Source: Lama guanicoe (lineage: Eukaryota). Taken from it: a DNA stretch of 64,000 bases. Below, piece by piece: positions 25,921 through 38,849 of the stretch. Position 1 is the first letter of the stretch; each line of letters opens with the position of its first letter. The stretch is taken from assembly GCA_013239625.1 (NCBI GenBank), contig MU053513.1:2592927-2656926 (forward strand). Reading direction: 5' to 3'. The notes under the pieces were generated by a model. That model worked only from the letters and a program-made list of their open reading frames with translations, was not told where the DNA came from and did no database searches. Made by a program: the position numbers and the translations under genes.

Positions 25921-26113
25921 TTTTTAAATGAAGTATAGTTGGTTTAAATGCTGTGTTAGTTTCTGGTGTACAGCATAGTGATTCAGTTATACATATACAT
26001 ATTCCTTTTCATATTCTTTTTCATTATATGATGCTAGTATAAGGTATTGAATATAGTTCTTTGTGCTATAGAGTTTGACCTTGTTGTTTATCTATCTTAT
26101 ATATAATAGTTAG
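25921..26113 (-). mobile_element. L1 3' end inserted in a MIR
   Basis: Cetartiodactyl L1 3'UTR. TSD tgca[a/t]gcattttt at 25908-25920 and 26114-26126. MIR core resumes at about 26135-26205. Confidence 0.88.
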
Positions 26114-26489
26114 TGCATGCATTTTTAAGTTAGCAAGAACTGGGTGCAAATTCCACTTATTAAAACCTTGGGCAACTTAATCTCTCTGAGTTTCAATTTC
26201 TTCATGTTTTATTAATTATTAACATGAAACCAGCAGTATCTCTCCATAGGTTGCTGCAAATAGGCTCAATTTTGAAAGAAATTTAATAAGGGAATATAAA
26301 ATTCTACTCCTATGATTTAAAAAAATTACATTACCAAATGCATAGATGCATTGTTGTAATTATACACACACACAGAGTAGGACTAACAGAGTGTGCAAAA
26401 GAAAAATATATACCAGCTTTTAACTGCCACACACAAAATCTTTACAGGGAATTGACAACTAAAAACAGCTGAATTAAACATTCTTATGA

Positions 26490-26985
26490 CTCCAGAGGGC
26501 TCAATAGGTAGGAATTTTAGAGAAGAAGACTTTGGGTCATCAGAAGACATGTCTAATCATCACAGTGGACAAAAATGCAGTAGGCTGTTTCTGGTGCTAA
26601 TGAGCTCCCCATGCCTGGAAGTATTCAAGCAAAACCTGCACTGAAGGGAGGATAGCAATGATGGGTAAGTACACATTCTGGAGACAGAGTGCCTGGGTTG
26701 AAATCCCAGCTTTGTCCATCATAAGCTGTGCCTTTTCATGCTTCAGGGTAAAATGGAGATCAAAGCAATGTTTGCCTCATATGGTTATTGTGAGGATTAA
26801 ATAATTAACAAATGTAAAGCACATTAGTGCTATTTAAGTCTTAGACATTATTAGTGTAATATTTTAGACATAATTAGTCTATTAGTGGTAGCATTTCTTG
26901 GAGGGATTGTTGTAGAAGGAATTCATGCTTTGGATGAGTCTCATTGGATAATCAATAAGGGATCTGCGTCTTCTGAGAGCCCTGA
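26490..26985 (+). mobile_element. CR1/L3 3' end interrupted by a MIR (about 26650-26860)
   Basis: 'aatgagctccccatgcctggaagtattcaagcaaaacctg' is L3. 'cctgggttgaaatcccagct...ttgtgaggattaaataa' is MIR. Confidence 0.7.
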
Positions 26986-27989
26986 CATGATCCTATGTTT
27001 CTACATTCCCTGCCTTTAAGAGATACAAATTGTCAAGCAATTGAGCACAGGCTGAGGCATTTTTGAAAAGAAAACACAGCAACAACAACAAAAAAAACCC
27101 ATGATTCTCTAAAAAAAATTTTGACCACCTTTTTTTGAATAGTAATGAATACTATGTTTGAACACATATTCATAATTATTTTATGACTCCCCTAAAGAAA
27201 ACAGCTTCCCTCAAACTAGTCCTTGGGCGCTTAGGAGCAGCAGGGATAGAGGTGGAAAGGAGCGGGAAATGGGAATTAAAATTAAATTCATTTCAGAAGA
27301 GACCAATCTCTACAATGACTTTACAGTGTGATGTGTACAAAATGAGGGATGAGTGCTTTTGGCCATGGTGACTTCATCCACTTGCTGTGAATACTGAGCT
27401 TGGCTGGGGGTCAGGATGGCGGCCCTAGTGGGTGTCCCCACCTTGAGGTGATACAATAATTCCTTATTGCGTGCAGCTTCCTCACTGCTCCGAGTACCTT
27501 AGATTTCCCTGTCTCCAGTCCATTTGGGTACTGCTGCCTGAGTGTGCCTTCTAAAATGCTGATTCATCAGTACCTAACGCCTCTCAAGTGTTTCCCTCGG
27601 GTCTGCAGTATGACATAAAAATTCTTTGTCTGCTGACTCATTGTCAACCACAGTGAAGTCTCTGGACCTTATGCCTGTTTTCCAACTGAGGCTGCTGACC
27701 ACCCCATGATGTTTGTTAAAATGTTGCTTCCTGGGCTCCACCCTGATGTACTACATCAGAGTCACTGCAGATGAACCCAGAGGTTAAGAAACTCAGCCCA
27801 ACCATCTATCCACATCCGGTCTGGCTGCCACTCCGGTGGGGGTCTCTCTTCATTGACATTTAATGGAGTGACATGTGGCCCCAGCCCTCACATCTACCTC
27901 CCTATCAACGGCAGCAGCAGCAAGCACTTAACAAAGCTCCGGCTGAGGCAAACAGCCAAAGACCGCTTAGCCCTTTTCTCCGCTCGGTG

Positions 27990-28260
27990 TCTTCCAGCTG
28001 AACCGGAGGTATAATTCACGGCAGCAAACCTGAAACTGCAACTCTTGACAGATTAATCCCATAACAAAAATCAATCATGGCACTTGTTGCCGGCATACAT
28101 AATATTTTGAGTTTCCTGTCTAGCACCACCGAGAAGCAGACCTCCTTGACCTTGACTACATTAAATGAATGCGCTGATACATTACTGTAATCAGCCGATC
28201 CTGCGCATGCTGTCATCCAGGTCTGCAGAACTCTGATCAGCCTTGTGCTCTTGTTTCCTG
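27990..28260. promoter_or_regulatory. Candidate developmental enhancer / conserved non-coding element
   Basis: Repeat-free. TGACAG (28046-28051), GATTAATCC (28051-28059) and ATCAATCA = TGATTGAT on minus (28070-28077) are clustered. Function is inferred only. Confidence 0.4.
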
Positions 28261-29889
28261 TGGCGCCTCCTAACCCAACCAAATTGCCGTCCTTACCATC
28301 AGAAAGGATGTCTCTTCTGGCTGAAAACAGTGGTTCTAAGTGACATCTTGAGAAGGTCTTATTTTTGACTGGTCACCTCAGGCAATATGTCGGCTGATTT
28401 GCCCGCTAGCTTTTTCCTGAGCAAATATAAACCAGCCAGGAAACACCCACACACAAAGTCTCACACTGGAAACCCCAGTTTGACCGCAGATCAAATACTC
28501 TCTTGTTAGGAAAACACCCTTGTTCACTCCTAGGACCAAACAGGAAAGGAAAGATGGACAGATGGCTGGTTGAGCACATCACCTGTGTAATGAGGTGAAT
28601 GCAAAGTCTGGAGCCCTGGGGAGACCACGGGTGGGTGGAGTGGAGAGAAGAAAGACAGCATCTCCTCTATCAGATTAGAGAAGCTGAGGCACTACATTAC
28701 ACCCGACCATGTGAATGGCATTGGAGGGCAGAAGAACCCTCCAGAAAAGGGCTATTGACTCTTTAATTGGCTTGCTCACCATAGTGTGGTCAGGATGGGT
28801 GGAGACTCACTGTCGATGTCATCCAGGAGACAAAGCTTCTAAGAAGCCTAGAGCGAAATTCACTGGAATTTCCCAGAAACAGGACCCCTCTTGCTGACTT
28901 GCCCAGTTGGTTATTTCCAGATCAAACAAGTGATATTTAGGTTACCCAGGAAGGTGAGCTGGTGTGGCCACCATCTCCAGCAACCCAGGTCTGTAGAGAA
29001 GCCTGTGTCCTGTGTCCAACCGGAAGCAACCCTGCATGATGGTTTCAATTAGACAGAGACGCCTAAAGGACGCACCTGGACTTGGATACCTGTGTGCCAA
29101 ACAGAGAAGCCTCATTTTCAAAGCTCTTAATTTACCATTTTATAAAATGATCCTGTGGTGAAAGGAAAGAGCTAATTAAGCATTTCATTATCTAACTGAT
29201 ATAACAAAGCACAAAGTGACAGTGAGAAAAAATCAGCTTTGGGAAACATCTGTCCCACTCTGACGCTGAGGATTTCACTGCCTAGGACAGCATCTGCCGA
29301 TGGAGGCTTTTAAAAATTGAAACAGAGGAATCTTCAAATAGCATGTTCTAGAAATACCTACAGGGAATAGACTCCAGGTAAAGTTTGCTCTTCAAGCCTG
29401 TATATAGAATTTACTGTTCTTAGAAATGATAGCACCCCCTCCGTACAAAGGAAGGCATGTTCAAGTTGGCAGTGATTGAATGAATACAAAGGAATTATAC
29501 TGGAATTTACCATGTATTGTCTCTCTCATGCGCACGGCTTCCCAAGCTGCCTTACTAATAAGCAATTAAAACGGGAGTGACCAGGGATGGTGGGCAGTGG
29601 TAAATGTCTGCTCTTTTCCCAGTAGCTTATAAATCGCCTGGAATTTCTGCATGGTTGCTGGAGGAATGTTGATTGCTGATGTCACAGTTGCCTCTGCAGT
29701 TTTATGAACAGGCAGTGAGATCTGGGATTCTCTCTAGTTAGTGGAATTTAAGAAAAAACTCCACGTGTAGTCTCTTTCATGGCTACAGTGGTAAACCAGT
29801 GTGCACATAGGGCCATGCATGCATCCTGAAAATGTGCTGCCCAAAGACAGACACTGTAAAGCTCATCAACAAATAGAAGTTCTTAGCTT

Positions 29890-30210
29890 AATTATTTTTA
29901 ATACCAAGTTAATAGATGACTAGTGTAGACATACAGAAAATACAGACAAGCAAAAAGAAGAAATTAAATCAATTTATAATCTCATCCAGAGAAGAGTTCA
30001 CAGTAGGCACTTCAGAAATATTGATGAAATAAATATTTCCTCCCAGTCTTCTTCAATGCAGATATATACATTGCTTAGATAAAAACTGGGTCATATTGTG
30101 CCTATTTTTCTGAAACTGGATAGTAAAAATTTTAGCACTAGATCATAAATAGCTTTCCAAGTCATTAAATATTCTTAACAGTTTACATGACTGCTTGGTA
30201 TTACCTTTGG
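29890..30210 (-). mobile_element. Ancient L1ME 3' end
   Basis: 'gaaaatacagacaagcaaaaagaagaaattaaatc...aaaaactgggtcatattgtg...ttccaagtcattaaatattct'. Confidence 0.65.
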
Positions 30211-30254
30211 GGACAGATTTAGAGTGAAAATTAGACAACATTTAGTAGCACCTT

Positions 30255-32450
30255 CTCATTCTTTCATCCATTCAATAAATATTTTTTGAACATGAACTGT
30301 GTGCAAGATTCTCTTCTAGACACTTCAACTTCATCAGGAAAGAGACAAAACTCTTGCCTTCAGGCAATGTAAACTGTGGTTGTGGGAGGAAGACCAGCAA
30401 ATTAAGTGTAATAACAGAGCGTTTGAGGATGGTAAGCCCTGTGGAAAAGACTGAAATTGAATAAAGGCGACAGAGCATACTGGGGAAGAATATTAATTTT
30501 AAAAGATGAAATTTAAATGAAGTCTTGAAAGAGGAGAGGGATTTGGTCACAGAGATATTTTAGGGAAAGTGTTTCTGACAGGAAACAGCCAGTGCAAAGG
30601 CCCTAAGGTGGGAATATAATTGGCCAAGTTCACGGAACATCAAGGCGGCTGGAGCATGGACGGTAGGAAGAGAGTGGCAGGACGTGGTCTGAGAAGCAAA
30701 GAGGGAAGATCAAGAGTTTCGGCTTTTACTCTGAGGGAACCTGGGAGCCCCGAGTGTTTCAAGCGGAGGAGCGACACAACCTGACTTCCCTTTTCACAGG
30801 GTCTGCCTGAGAGCTAAGTCAAGAAGAGGGCGTAGGGGCAAAGGTGGGACAGGAAAGGAGTCGGGGGGACTGCAGTGAAGCAGCTGGCTGCACCCAGGGT
30901 AGGACAGTGAAGGCTGCAACCTTCAATTCTAGATGCATTTTGAAGGTGGTGTCGACAGCATATGCTGATGAGTCGGGTGGGGGTGTGAGAGAAAAAATAG
31001 TGTGAGAGGAATGCCCAGTGTTCGGGCTGAGCAGCTGGAAGGGGAGAGTTGCCTTTTACGGGGATGGGCAGAGTATGAGGTCGGGGCAGATTTCGGGAGA
31101 CAGAGGCCAGGATTTAGTTTAGGGCCATGTTAAGTTTTTTAAATGAATGAATGAATAAATTAATTTTCAAATTGAAGTATAGTCAGTTCACAATGTTATG
31201 TCAGTTTCTGGCATACAGCATAAGGCTTCAGTCATATACATACATATATTCATTTTCATATTCTTTTTCATAGGTTACTACATGATATTGAATGTAGTTC
31301 CCTGTGGTATACAGTAGGATCTTGTTGTTTATCTATTCTACATGTAGTGGTTAATATTTGCAAATCTCAGACTCCCAATTTATCCCTTCCCACCCCTTCC
31401 CGCCCTGGTAACCATACGTTTGTTTTCTATGTGTGTGAGTCTGTTTCTGTTTTGCATACAAGTTCATTTTTGTCTTTTTTTTAGATTCCACATATAAGTG
31501 ATATCATGCGGTACTTTTCTTCCTCTTTCTGGCTCACTTCACTTGGGATGCATGCTAAGTTAGAGATGTCTGTCAACATCCAAGAGGAGATGTTGAGGTT
31601 GCAGTTGGGCTTCAGAGCTTGGCATTCAGAGTCTGGGCTGGAGATATAATTCTGGAAGTCAGAGACACAAAGATAGCATTAAAGTCAAGGGATGACTTTA
31701 ATGGATGAGATCATATAATAGTTAAGTGTGGAAAGGGAAAAAGAAAAGGATCAAAAATGCTGAGGCATACCCACATGATTACGTCCACCGAGAGAAGATG
31801 AAGAAGTAGTAAAAGAGACTGACAGGAGCAAACGGTGAGTTGGGGGGCAAATCAAGCACGTGGGGTCCTAGACGCCAGGTAAACAGCGTATATAAAGGAG
31901 GAAGGCACAGTTAACTGTGCCCCCTACTGCTAACAGGACGACTGTGTGTGAGGCACATCCTGGGAACGGTGCTCCTACAAACCTGCAGCTAACCAATCGC
32001 AGTGTGGACTGAGTGCCCCCATCTCTTTTTCCTTTTTTTTTAAATAATAAAAGATATTAATTTTATTTAAATGAAATAGAAAAGACAAATGTACATAGTT
32101 AGCACTATCACTACTTTAAAAAAAAAATACAGTCAGTTATCTCCTGAAGGTAAAGTGAAGTTGAGCACGCCCTGCATAACTGTTCACGGCAACCCTCGCT
32201 ACTGACGGGTAAGGGAAGGGCCGGGAAGCGATCACTGAAAACAGTGATTTGGATGCATGATGACTTTGACAGGAGGGGTTTTGGAGGAGGCCACACAAAA
32301 ACATGAGCATTAAGGGGATTAAGAAAGATGAGGACAGAGAAACTGGAGGCAGTGAGTCTTCTCCTCCTTGGAGGAGATCTGTTGTAAAGAGGAGCAGAGA
32401 AGTCAGGCAGTAGCTGTTGGGGGGCGTGGGGGTCAAGAGAGATGGAAGAA
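30255..32450 (-). mobile_element. Long L2 LINE (3' end at 30255), interrupted by an L1 and an unclassified insert
   Basis: Begins 'cattctttcatccattcaataaatatttt'. Colinear L2 motifs 'cagccagtgcaaaggccctaaggtggga', 'gtctgggctggagatataat', 'gtaaagaggagcagagaagtcaggcagtagctg'. Confidence 0.88.
31138..31550 (-). mobile_element. L1 3' end inserted into L2
   Basis: Cetartiodactyl L1 3'UTR. TSD catg[t/c]taagtt at 31126-31136 and 31551-31561. Confidence 0.9.
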
Positions 32451-32479
32451 GCACAGCGTATTCGTGTGCTAACGGGAGC

Positions 32480-33147
32480 AACGGACAGCGTCATCCTGTC
32501 TTGCCTTGGCCACTGCTGGCTTCCTCATTTGTTTTTTCCATTCACGTTTGTGCCCTACAGTCTTTTCTTCAAATACACCCCAAGTGTGATCCTCTTAAAT
32601 CATAAACCAAATAGTGTCACGCTTTCTTCCTATCACACTTAAAATAAAATCCAAAGGCCTTACCATGACGTGTATGGTCCTGCCTGGCTAACCCTCCTCC
32701 CTCATTTCCTACCACTCATCCCCTCAAACGTGCAGCGCCAGCCACGCTGGCCTTCTTGCTCTTCCTCCAGTGCCCGAAGCGTTCTCCCAGCGCAGGGCTC
32801 CGCCCTTGCTGTTCCTCCTCTCTGGAGCTCTTCCCCGTATTTTCACAAGCCTGGCTTCCCCACCTCACTCAGGTCTCTACTCAAACGTCGCTTCCTCGGT
32901 CCTTGTCTGACTCCCTTATGATCTCCCTGTCACTCTCTATTTTCTTACTATGCTCTTTTTTTCCCCCATAGCACTCATCACCATATGACTTTACGTAACT
33001 CCTTATTACCATCTCTCTCTCCTCCAAAATACAAGCTCTGTGAAGACACAGAATTTGCCTCACCTTGTTCATGTTTACCCCTAGTTGGTACCATAATGTC
33101 TGGCACATAGTAGGCACTCAGTAAGTACATTTTAAATCAATGAATAA
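32480..33147 (+). mobile_element. L2 LINE 3' portion
   Basis: 'aaaataaaatccaaaggccttaccatg...tctggcacatagtaggcactcagtaagta...aatgaataa'. Confidence 0.88.
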
Positions 33148-33359
33148 TTGGGAGGATACAATTAACACTATGAACACTTTACTGCCTTTAACACACTGGC
33201 AATTGAGGGTCATGGCTTTGAGCTCTGTTGGCCTTAGCAGATGAGGAGGGAGTCCAGTGTGTACTTTTTGTTCCGCATACATGAGTGCCCTGAAGATATT
33301 CTGTCCAAAGGCAGAGAACTCTTGCTTCAACCTAATCATACTGTTCAAGGTATTAATTT

Positions 33360-33528
33360 TTAAAAGAAATTTTATTCAAGTGTAGTTAACAATGTTAGTT
33401 TCAGGTGTACAGCAAAGTGATTCAGTTGTACATATACATACCTATATGTACTTTCTTTACAGATTCTTTCCTATTGTGTGTTATTACAAGAAATTGAAAT
33501 TCCCTGTGCTATACATTAGGTCCTTGTT
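33360..33528 (-). mobile_element. L1 3' end
   Basis: 'acaatgttagtttcaggtgtacagcaaagtgattcagtt...ttccctgtgctatac'. Confidence 0.85.
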
Positions 33529-33569
33529 AAAGGAAAAACTTTGCTAGAAAAAAAATAGAGCTATCCCCT

Positions 33570-33800
33570 GTTGTAGTGGAAAAGACACTGGACGTGCATC
33601 AGAAGGCCTGGATTCAAGTGTCTGCTCTGCCCCTTGCCAGTGCTGTGGGACCTTCTGTAAGTCACGATCTCTGTGCCCTAGGTTCCTAATTTTATATTTG
33701 TGAGAAATAATTTCTCATGTACTTCCATCACCTCATGGCTTCAGGACCAAATGAGATATTTGGGATAGTGCTAAACAAATGTGCATAAATAGTTTCTCTG
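33570..33800 (+). mobile_element. MIR SINE
   Basis: 'gtagtggaaaagacactggac...agaaggcctggattcaagt...gtaagtcacgatctctgtgccctaggttcct'. Confidence 0.7.
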
Positions 33801-36207
33801 AATAAAAACGAAGTGTTTGAAGCTAATCTAAGGGGGTGGGGGAGAGAACACAAAGTTCTGCTGCAGCCTATGCACCATCTGGCTCTTTAAAACGTGTCCC
33901 TCGGGAGGAAAAATGAGATTGTTGTCAAGACTGCTGTAAAGAATCATTTCAAAAGTGATATTTTCCAGCTCTAGTAAGTCTGCGATCAAACAATCAGTTT
34001 CTGGGGTAAAGGCCACTACTTTCCACCAATTGACCTGGAAGCGGGTACCACGTATTTAGTGTCAGGAGTGTGCAAACAGAAGCCGTTTCTGCCTGTGAAG
34101 AAGGAAAAACAAAAGCGTGCCGCGTGAGAGCCTGGACACCCCATCTAGCCGGGAACTGATGGAAGTGCACCTCTAAACACCCCCTCCCCCCATGTGTCAC
34201 CTGGCAGACGCCAGCTCGTCCCTGGAGTGACCAGAGGTGTATTTTAAATTCAGCATTTGTGTGTGTGAGTTGCAAGAAGACAGGACTTGCCTGGAAGGGC
34301 GTGCAAGGCAGGAGCAGCGGGGCGAGGACCAGCTCAGGGCTCCTTTCTATTTGATCTCTCCCTCCCGGCTCATCTCCTTCTGCACTTAGCTGCTCCGGTC
34401 CCCTTTTCCACCGTGCCCTTCTTCTGCTTATTCATGTTTCTGCCCCCGCTACCTCTGGCTATGTGTGTCCCCCTACGGTCGCCCTGAACTTCTGTCGTTG
34501 TCTTTGTGGTGGCTGGGATAATAAAAAGAGCCTTTCAGCTTTCTGGTTCCAGAATATTTACAGAGAAATCTCATTCAGCTCACCTAAACTTTTTGATCCT
34601 GGCCACACACATCTTGGGTCACTGCTGTCTTTGCTCTGTTCTGCCTTTGGGACAGATGCCCATCTCTGGATTACAGCTGTGGCCAGAATGAGGTCAGGTG
34701 GTACAGAGCCCGGCTGGACCCACTGACAGAGCCTGCGGGTTTGGGCAGATTCCCAGAGAAGGGGATTGGGTGACACAGAAATTTTATGTGACACCCTGCG
34801 TAGGTGAGGACATGTCATGTGTGTGGGTTGCCCCGTGATCTCTTTTAGAATCATTGCTTATTCCAAAGCTAGAAGGGTGCTACTCAGGAGACAGGTTCAG
34901 CATGTTTCCGAATCTCCCACATGGAATCTTTCTTTTCATCATGTCTATCAATCTAAAATATTTTATGTCAGCCTCATTCATTTTCAGGCCTAACAAACTG
35001 ATTTCTAATGTGCCGAAAAGAGACCTAGACACTAAGTCCCAGTAAGTCCTAAAACCTGTTTCACTGTACACGCTTCATTATAGTTCACTTAGGCTGCCCC
35101 GTGTATAAACCCCCACAGCATGGTACAACCTGGCATCCTGCTCCACGGCACCCTCCTTGGGTGCCCACCTTCCCAGCTCTTGATTCAGTTCAAGAGGCTC
35201 TCTCTGGTTTCTCGCAGTGAGAACTGGACGTGAAACCATGACCTCATATTCCCAGCAACATCCTTTTGGCTGTGCAAACTCAAGCAAGCAATCACTGAGG
35301 AAATGCTGTTAACTTTCCACTCATCATATTGAAAGCAGAGGCTTCACTGGCTGGATGCTCTGCTCCCACCATCCATGCCCCTGATACCATCTTTCCAGAA
35401 AAGTGAATTTTTATGTCATCGGCATAGAGATGGTGCTGAGTACCTGCACCGCCTGAGTGTGCAGCTGGTCCGGGGCTTGGACAGTTACGTGGCCTCCAGA
35501 GAGATGTTCTCAGAACAAGAGTGGGGCTTGGAACTCAACTCTCAGTTTCATCCCAGAATCTGAAGCTCAGTGAAGCCCTCCCACTCCCCACCATTACAGC
35601 GAGAGGGCTGAGTCTTTCAGGACTGTCTCGAAGCCGGGGCTCCTATGGCTTTCTTTGTCACGGCCGTGACCAGCCAGGTTGCGTGTGTTAAAAAGAAGAA
35701 TGAGGGCTTCTGGCTCTGCTCGATTCAAGAGGCTGATTGTGTCAGGTTGCTATGACTCCCTTTCATTCCTAAATCCCTGGCCTGGTTCTGGGCAGCGTTC
35801 CACAGAGAGACTTCCAGCAGACACACGGCCTTTCCATGTTTGGGGGCTCATCTGGTGAAAGATGGAGTTTCCCAGGTCACCCTGGCAGTCTGACTGCCCA
35901 CAGAGGGCATTGGAGAGTCTGAAGGCAGAGACTCCCAACCATATTCTGTCTGACCAGGACGATCAGATGGGGAGGAGGAGAAGGATGAAGGTTGCATCTG
36001 TAAGACCCATAGATACTTGGGGAGGTTAAGGGACTTGGGTAGGGTCACATATGTGGTAAATGACCCCAAGACTGGAGAGGCAGGTTCTCAGGACCATTAC
36101 GGACAAACATGCAGGTGGGCAAGAGTTTTATATACGCATAGATTGGTTCACTCCCAGTTTCTCCAGCCCCATTCACTGCCTTTCTGCAACTTTTCAAAGG
36201 AGGAATA

Positions 36208-36575
36208 TTAGACAAATACTTATGATATCACTTATATGTAGAATCTAAAATGTGTTACAAATGAAATGTATATGTAAAACAGAAATGGACTTACAGATAT
36301 AGAAAACAAAGTTCTGGTTACAAAGAAGGAGAGGGAAGCAGGTAGAGGACAAATTAGACATATGGGATTAATAGTTACAAACTCTTATATATTATGTATA
36401 AAAGAGGTAAGCAACAAGGATATATTGCGTAGCACAGGGACTTACAGCCATTACCTTGTAATAACTTACAATGCAGTAAAATCTGCAAAAATACTGAGTC
36501 ACTATGGTGTACACCAGAAACTAATATAATACTGTAAATCAGCTGTACCTCAATAAAGTTAATAAATAAATAAAA
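36208..36575 (+). mobile_element. L1 3' end
   Basis: 'agacaaatacttatgatatcacttatatgtagaatctaaaa...acaccagaaactaat...cctcaataaa' plus an (AAAT)n tail. Confidence 0.88.
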
Positions 36576-38676
36576 GGGAGAATGCAGAAAATGGCTCTAG
36601 GTAAGATTCTACCCTTTTCCCATCTTGAACCGCCTTCTGTGTGTTTATAAGATGTAGCAAGGGGTTAGGAAGAGAGATTCAATAGCAGGAATTACCCTAG
36701 AGGACTGTGCCCATGTTTACTTTTCAGACATGGGGCAGCGGCAGAAGGACACAGAGACCTATACAGGAAGGATGGCATTAGAGATTCTGAGGCTGGGCTG
36801 CCATGGGTGGTTTGGCACTGCCAAAGGGGTCTGGCTTAAAGGAAGCAGGGGCATATTAATTACCACGCCCAGATCATGGGGCTGGTAAGTGACAAAACTC
36901 CTAGCACAGAGCCTGAAAAATAGTAGGCTGTCAGGAAACAGTTATTGAATGAATGGAAGTCAGAACCCAAATTCAACTTCCTGCTTGAAAGGCAGTGCAG
37001 CTTCCATTTGGACAGCCTGCTTCTATCTTGAATGTCTTTTATCATTCAGCAGCATTGAGAGAAAAGGCATTCTTAATTTTTCATGTTATCTCTGAAACCA
37101 AAACGTCGTGTTTTGATATTGAACAATCACATCAGAGCAGTGCTAGTAGGAAGATGAAGATGGTAAGGAACTGAGTCACTCTGACCACCCTCCTGGTCAT
37201 GGGTAAACAGCAGGCCACAGTCAGCCTGGAATTTCTTTTGTGTTTGGCAGTGGAATATCAAATGAGTCTAACATGAGTTTCAGTGAATACTGGAAGATCA
37301 GACACCCACTTGAAATGACTGTGTTGCCGTGAATATGAAATATGGACCGAGGTGTCAGTCTCCCCAGCTGAGAAGAGCAGTGTGGGAAACACAGTGACTC
37401 CTAACTGAGCAGCACCATTCCTGAGATTCATCAGATCAGCTAATTCAGGACTGCTTCACATGCTAAAGACCAGTGATCATTGTGGAATTTCACGCTAATG
37501 CAACCTGCCTCGGCTTAGAATTCAGCACAAAGTTGAATAACCTCCCCAAGGGCGTTACCTCAATCAAGCAGCTTGAAAGAACTTGTCCACTAGTGAGACA
37601 GGCCCACAGCCTGGGTGGAGACAGCACTGGACCAACTTGCCACTCAGTATTTCACAGGGAAAATGGCTTAATAAGATCTCTCCTGGATTAAAAATTCGAG
37701 AAATTCTCTCTTTCTCTCTCCCTCTTTGTCTTACTCTCACACCCTCTCCCTCCCCCCTTTATTCCTTTTCCTCTCTTGTTTTCTTTCTTGCAGCCACTGG
37801 ATTGGTGAAGTATGTACACTCCACCAAATTTCTTACCCATTGTAACTGTGTCAGCAAAGCTGTCTCTCTCATGCAACTCTTCCTGCAAGAAATGGAGCTA
37901 TTGTTCCAGCCTAAACCTTATAAAGTAACGTCTTCCCCCTGGACTGCTCCAGCAGCAACCTCTCTTCTCATCAGCCTGCTGACAACAGCGTAAACTTTAA
38001 CTTGTAAACTTTAACTATGTTTCTCACGAGTGCGAGAAAATGCTTACTGCCTACTTGTCTTCGGGCTTGCCTGTGGACGTTGGGGATTGAGGGGGGGAAC
38101 ACTCTGACAGAGGGCGTAGGAACAGGCAGAGGGTGCTAGAGACGTGGTCAGAGCCCATGTTTCTGCATCCTGGGCCAGAACTGATTTATTAAACCACATA
38201 GGTATGCAAGAGGCCATCACACCGCTGGAGTGACCCTTGTGAAGTGAGGGAAGGGCTCATGCCTGTTTCGCTTCTGTTTCAGTCCATCCTCCTTTCACTG
38301 TGGTATCACATGACCAGCAGCAGGTGGCACAGGGAAGGGGGGCAGGACCAAGTGATGCGCTGTTCGCAGCAGCCTACACCCATGAAGGGACTCCTCCCAG
38401 AGCCCGCAGTCTGGCCCAGCCTGGAAGCAGAAGGCTTTCAGCTTCTCGGGTGTCAGCACCCCTCTTCCTCAAAGTGGGGAAATCGGTCTAAAGTGGTAAA
38501 TGATCTCCAAGGTCTTCCTAGCTCTTCAGAACCCCGTTGAGCCTGAAGTACGATTTTGATCATTCTGTCCACCTAGTGTCCACCACCACACGGCACCTCT
38601 GACCTTCCCTTGGGTGTATGCATTGTCTTAAAGCCTCTCTCCACCCACAAACTTTAGCAACTTAAAATGGAATAAG

Positions 38677-38812
38677 TTGGGAAGGGAGGTGTATAGCTCC
38701 GTGGTAGTGTGTGCTTGGCATGCACGATAAAAATGAGGTCCTGGCTTCAATTCCCAGTCCCGCCATTAAAATCAATCAATCAATCAATCAATCAACCTAA
38801 TTAACCTCCTCC

Positions 38813-38843
<31 letters not shown>

Positions 38844-38849
38844 CAGTGA
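38677..38849 (+). mobile_element. Camelid tRNA-Ala SINE, long form, with (AATC)n and (CA)n
   Basis: tRNA-like head and 'cctaattaacctcctccc' module. Perfect 13-bp TSD aaaatggaataag at 38664-38676 and 38850-38862. Confidence 0.92.

Noticed and set aside
28297..28416. Possible 120-nt minus-strand exon (ttgctcag|...ATG|gtaagg)
   Set aside because: All three frames contain stops, so it is not coding; a non-coding exon cannot be supported without RNA data.
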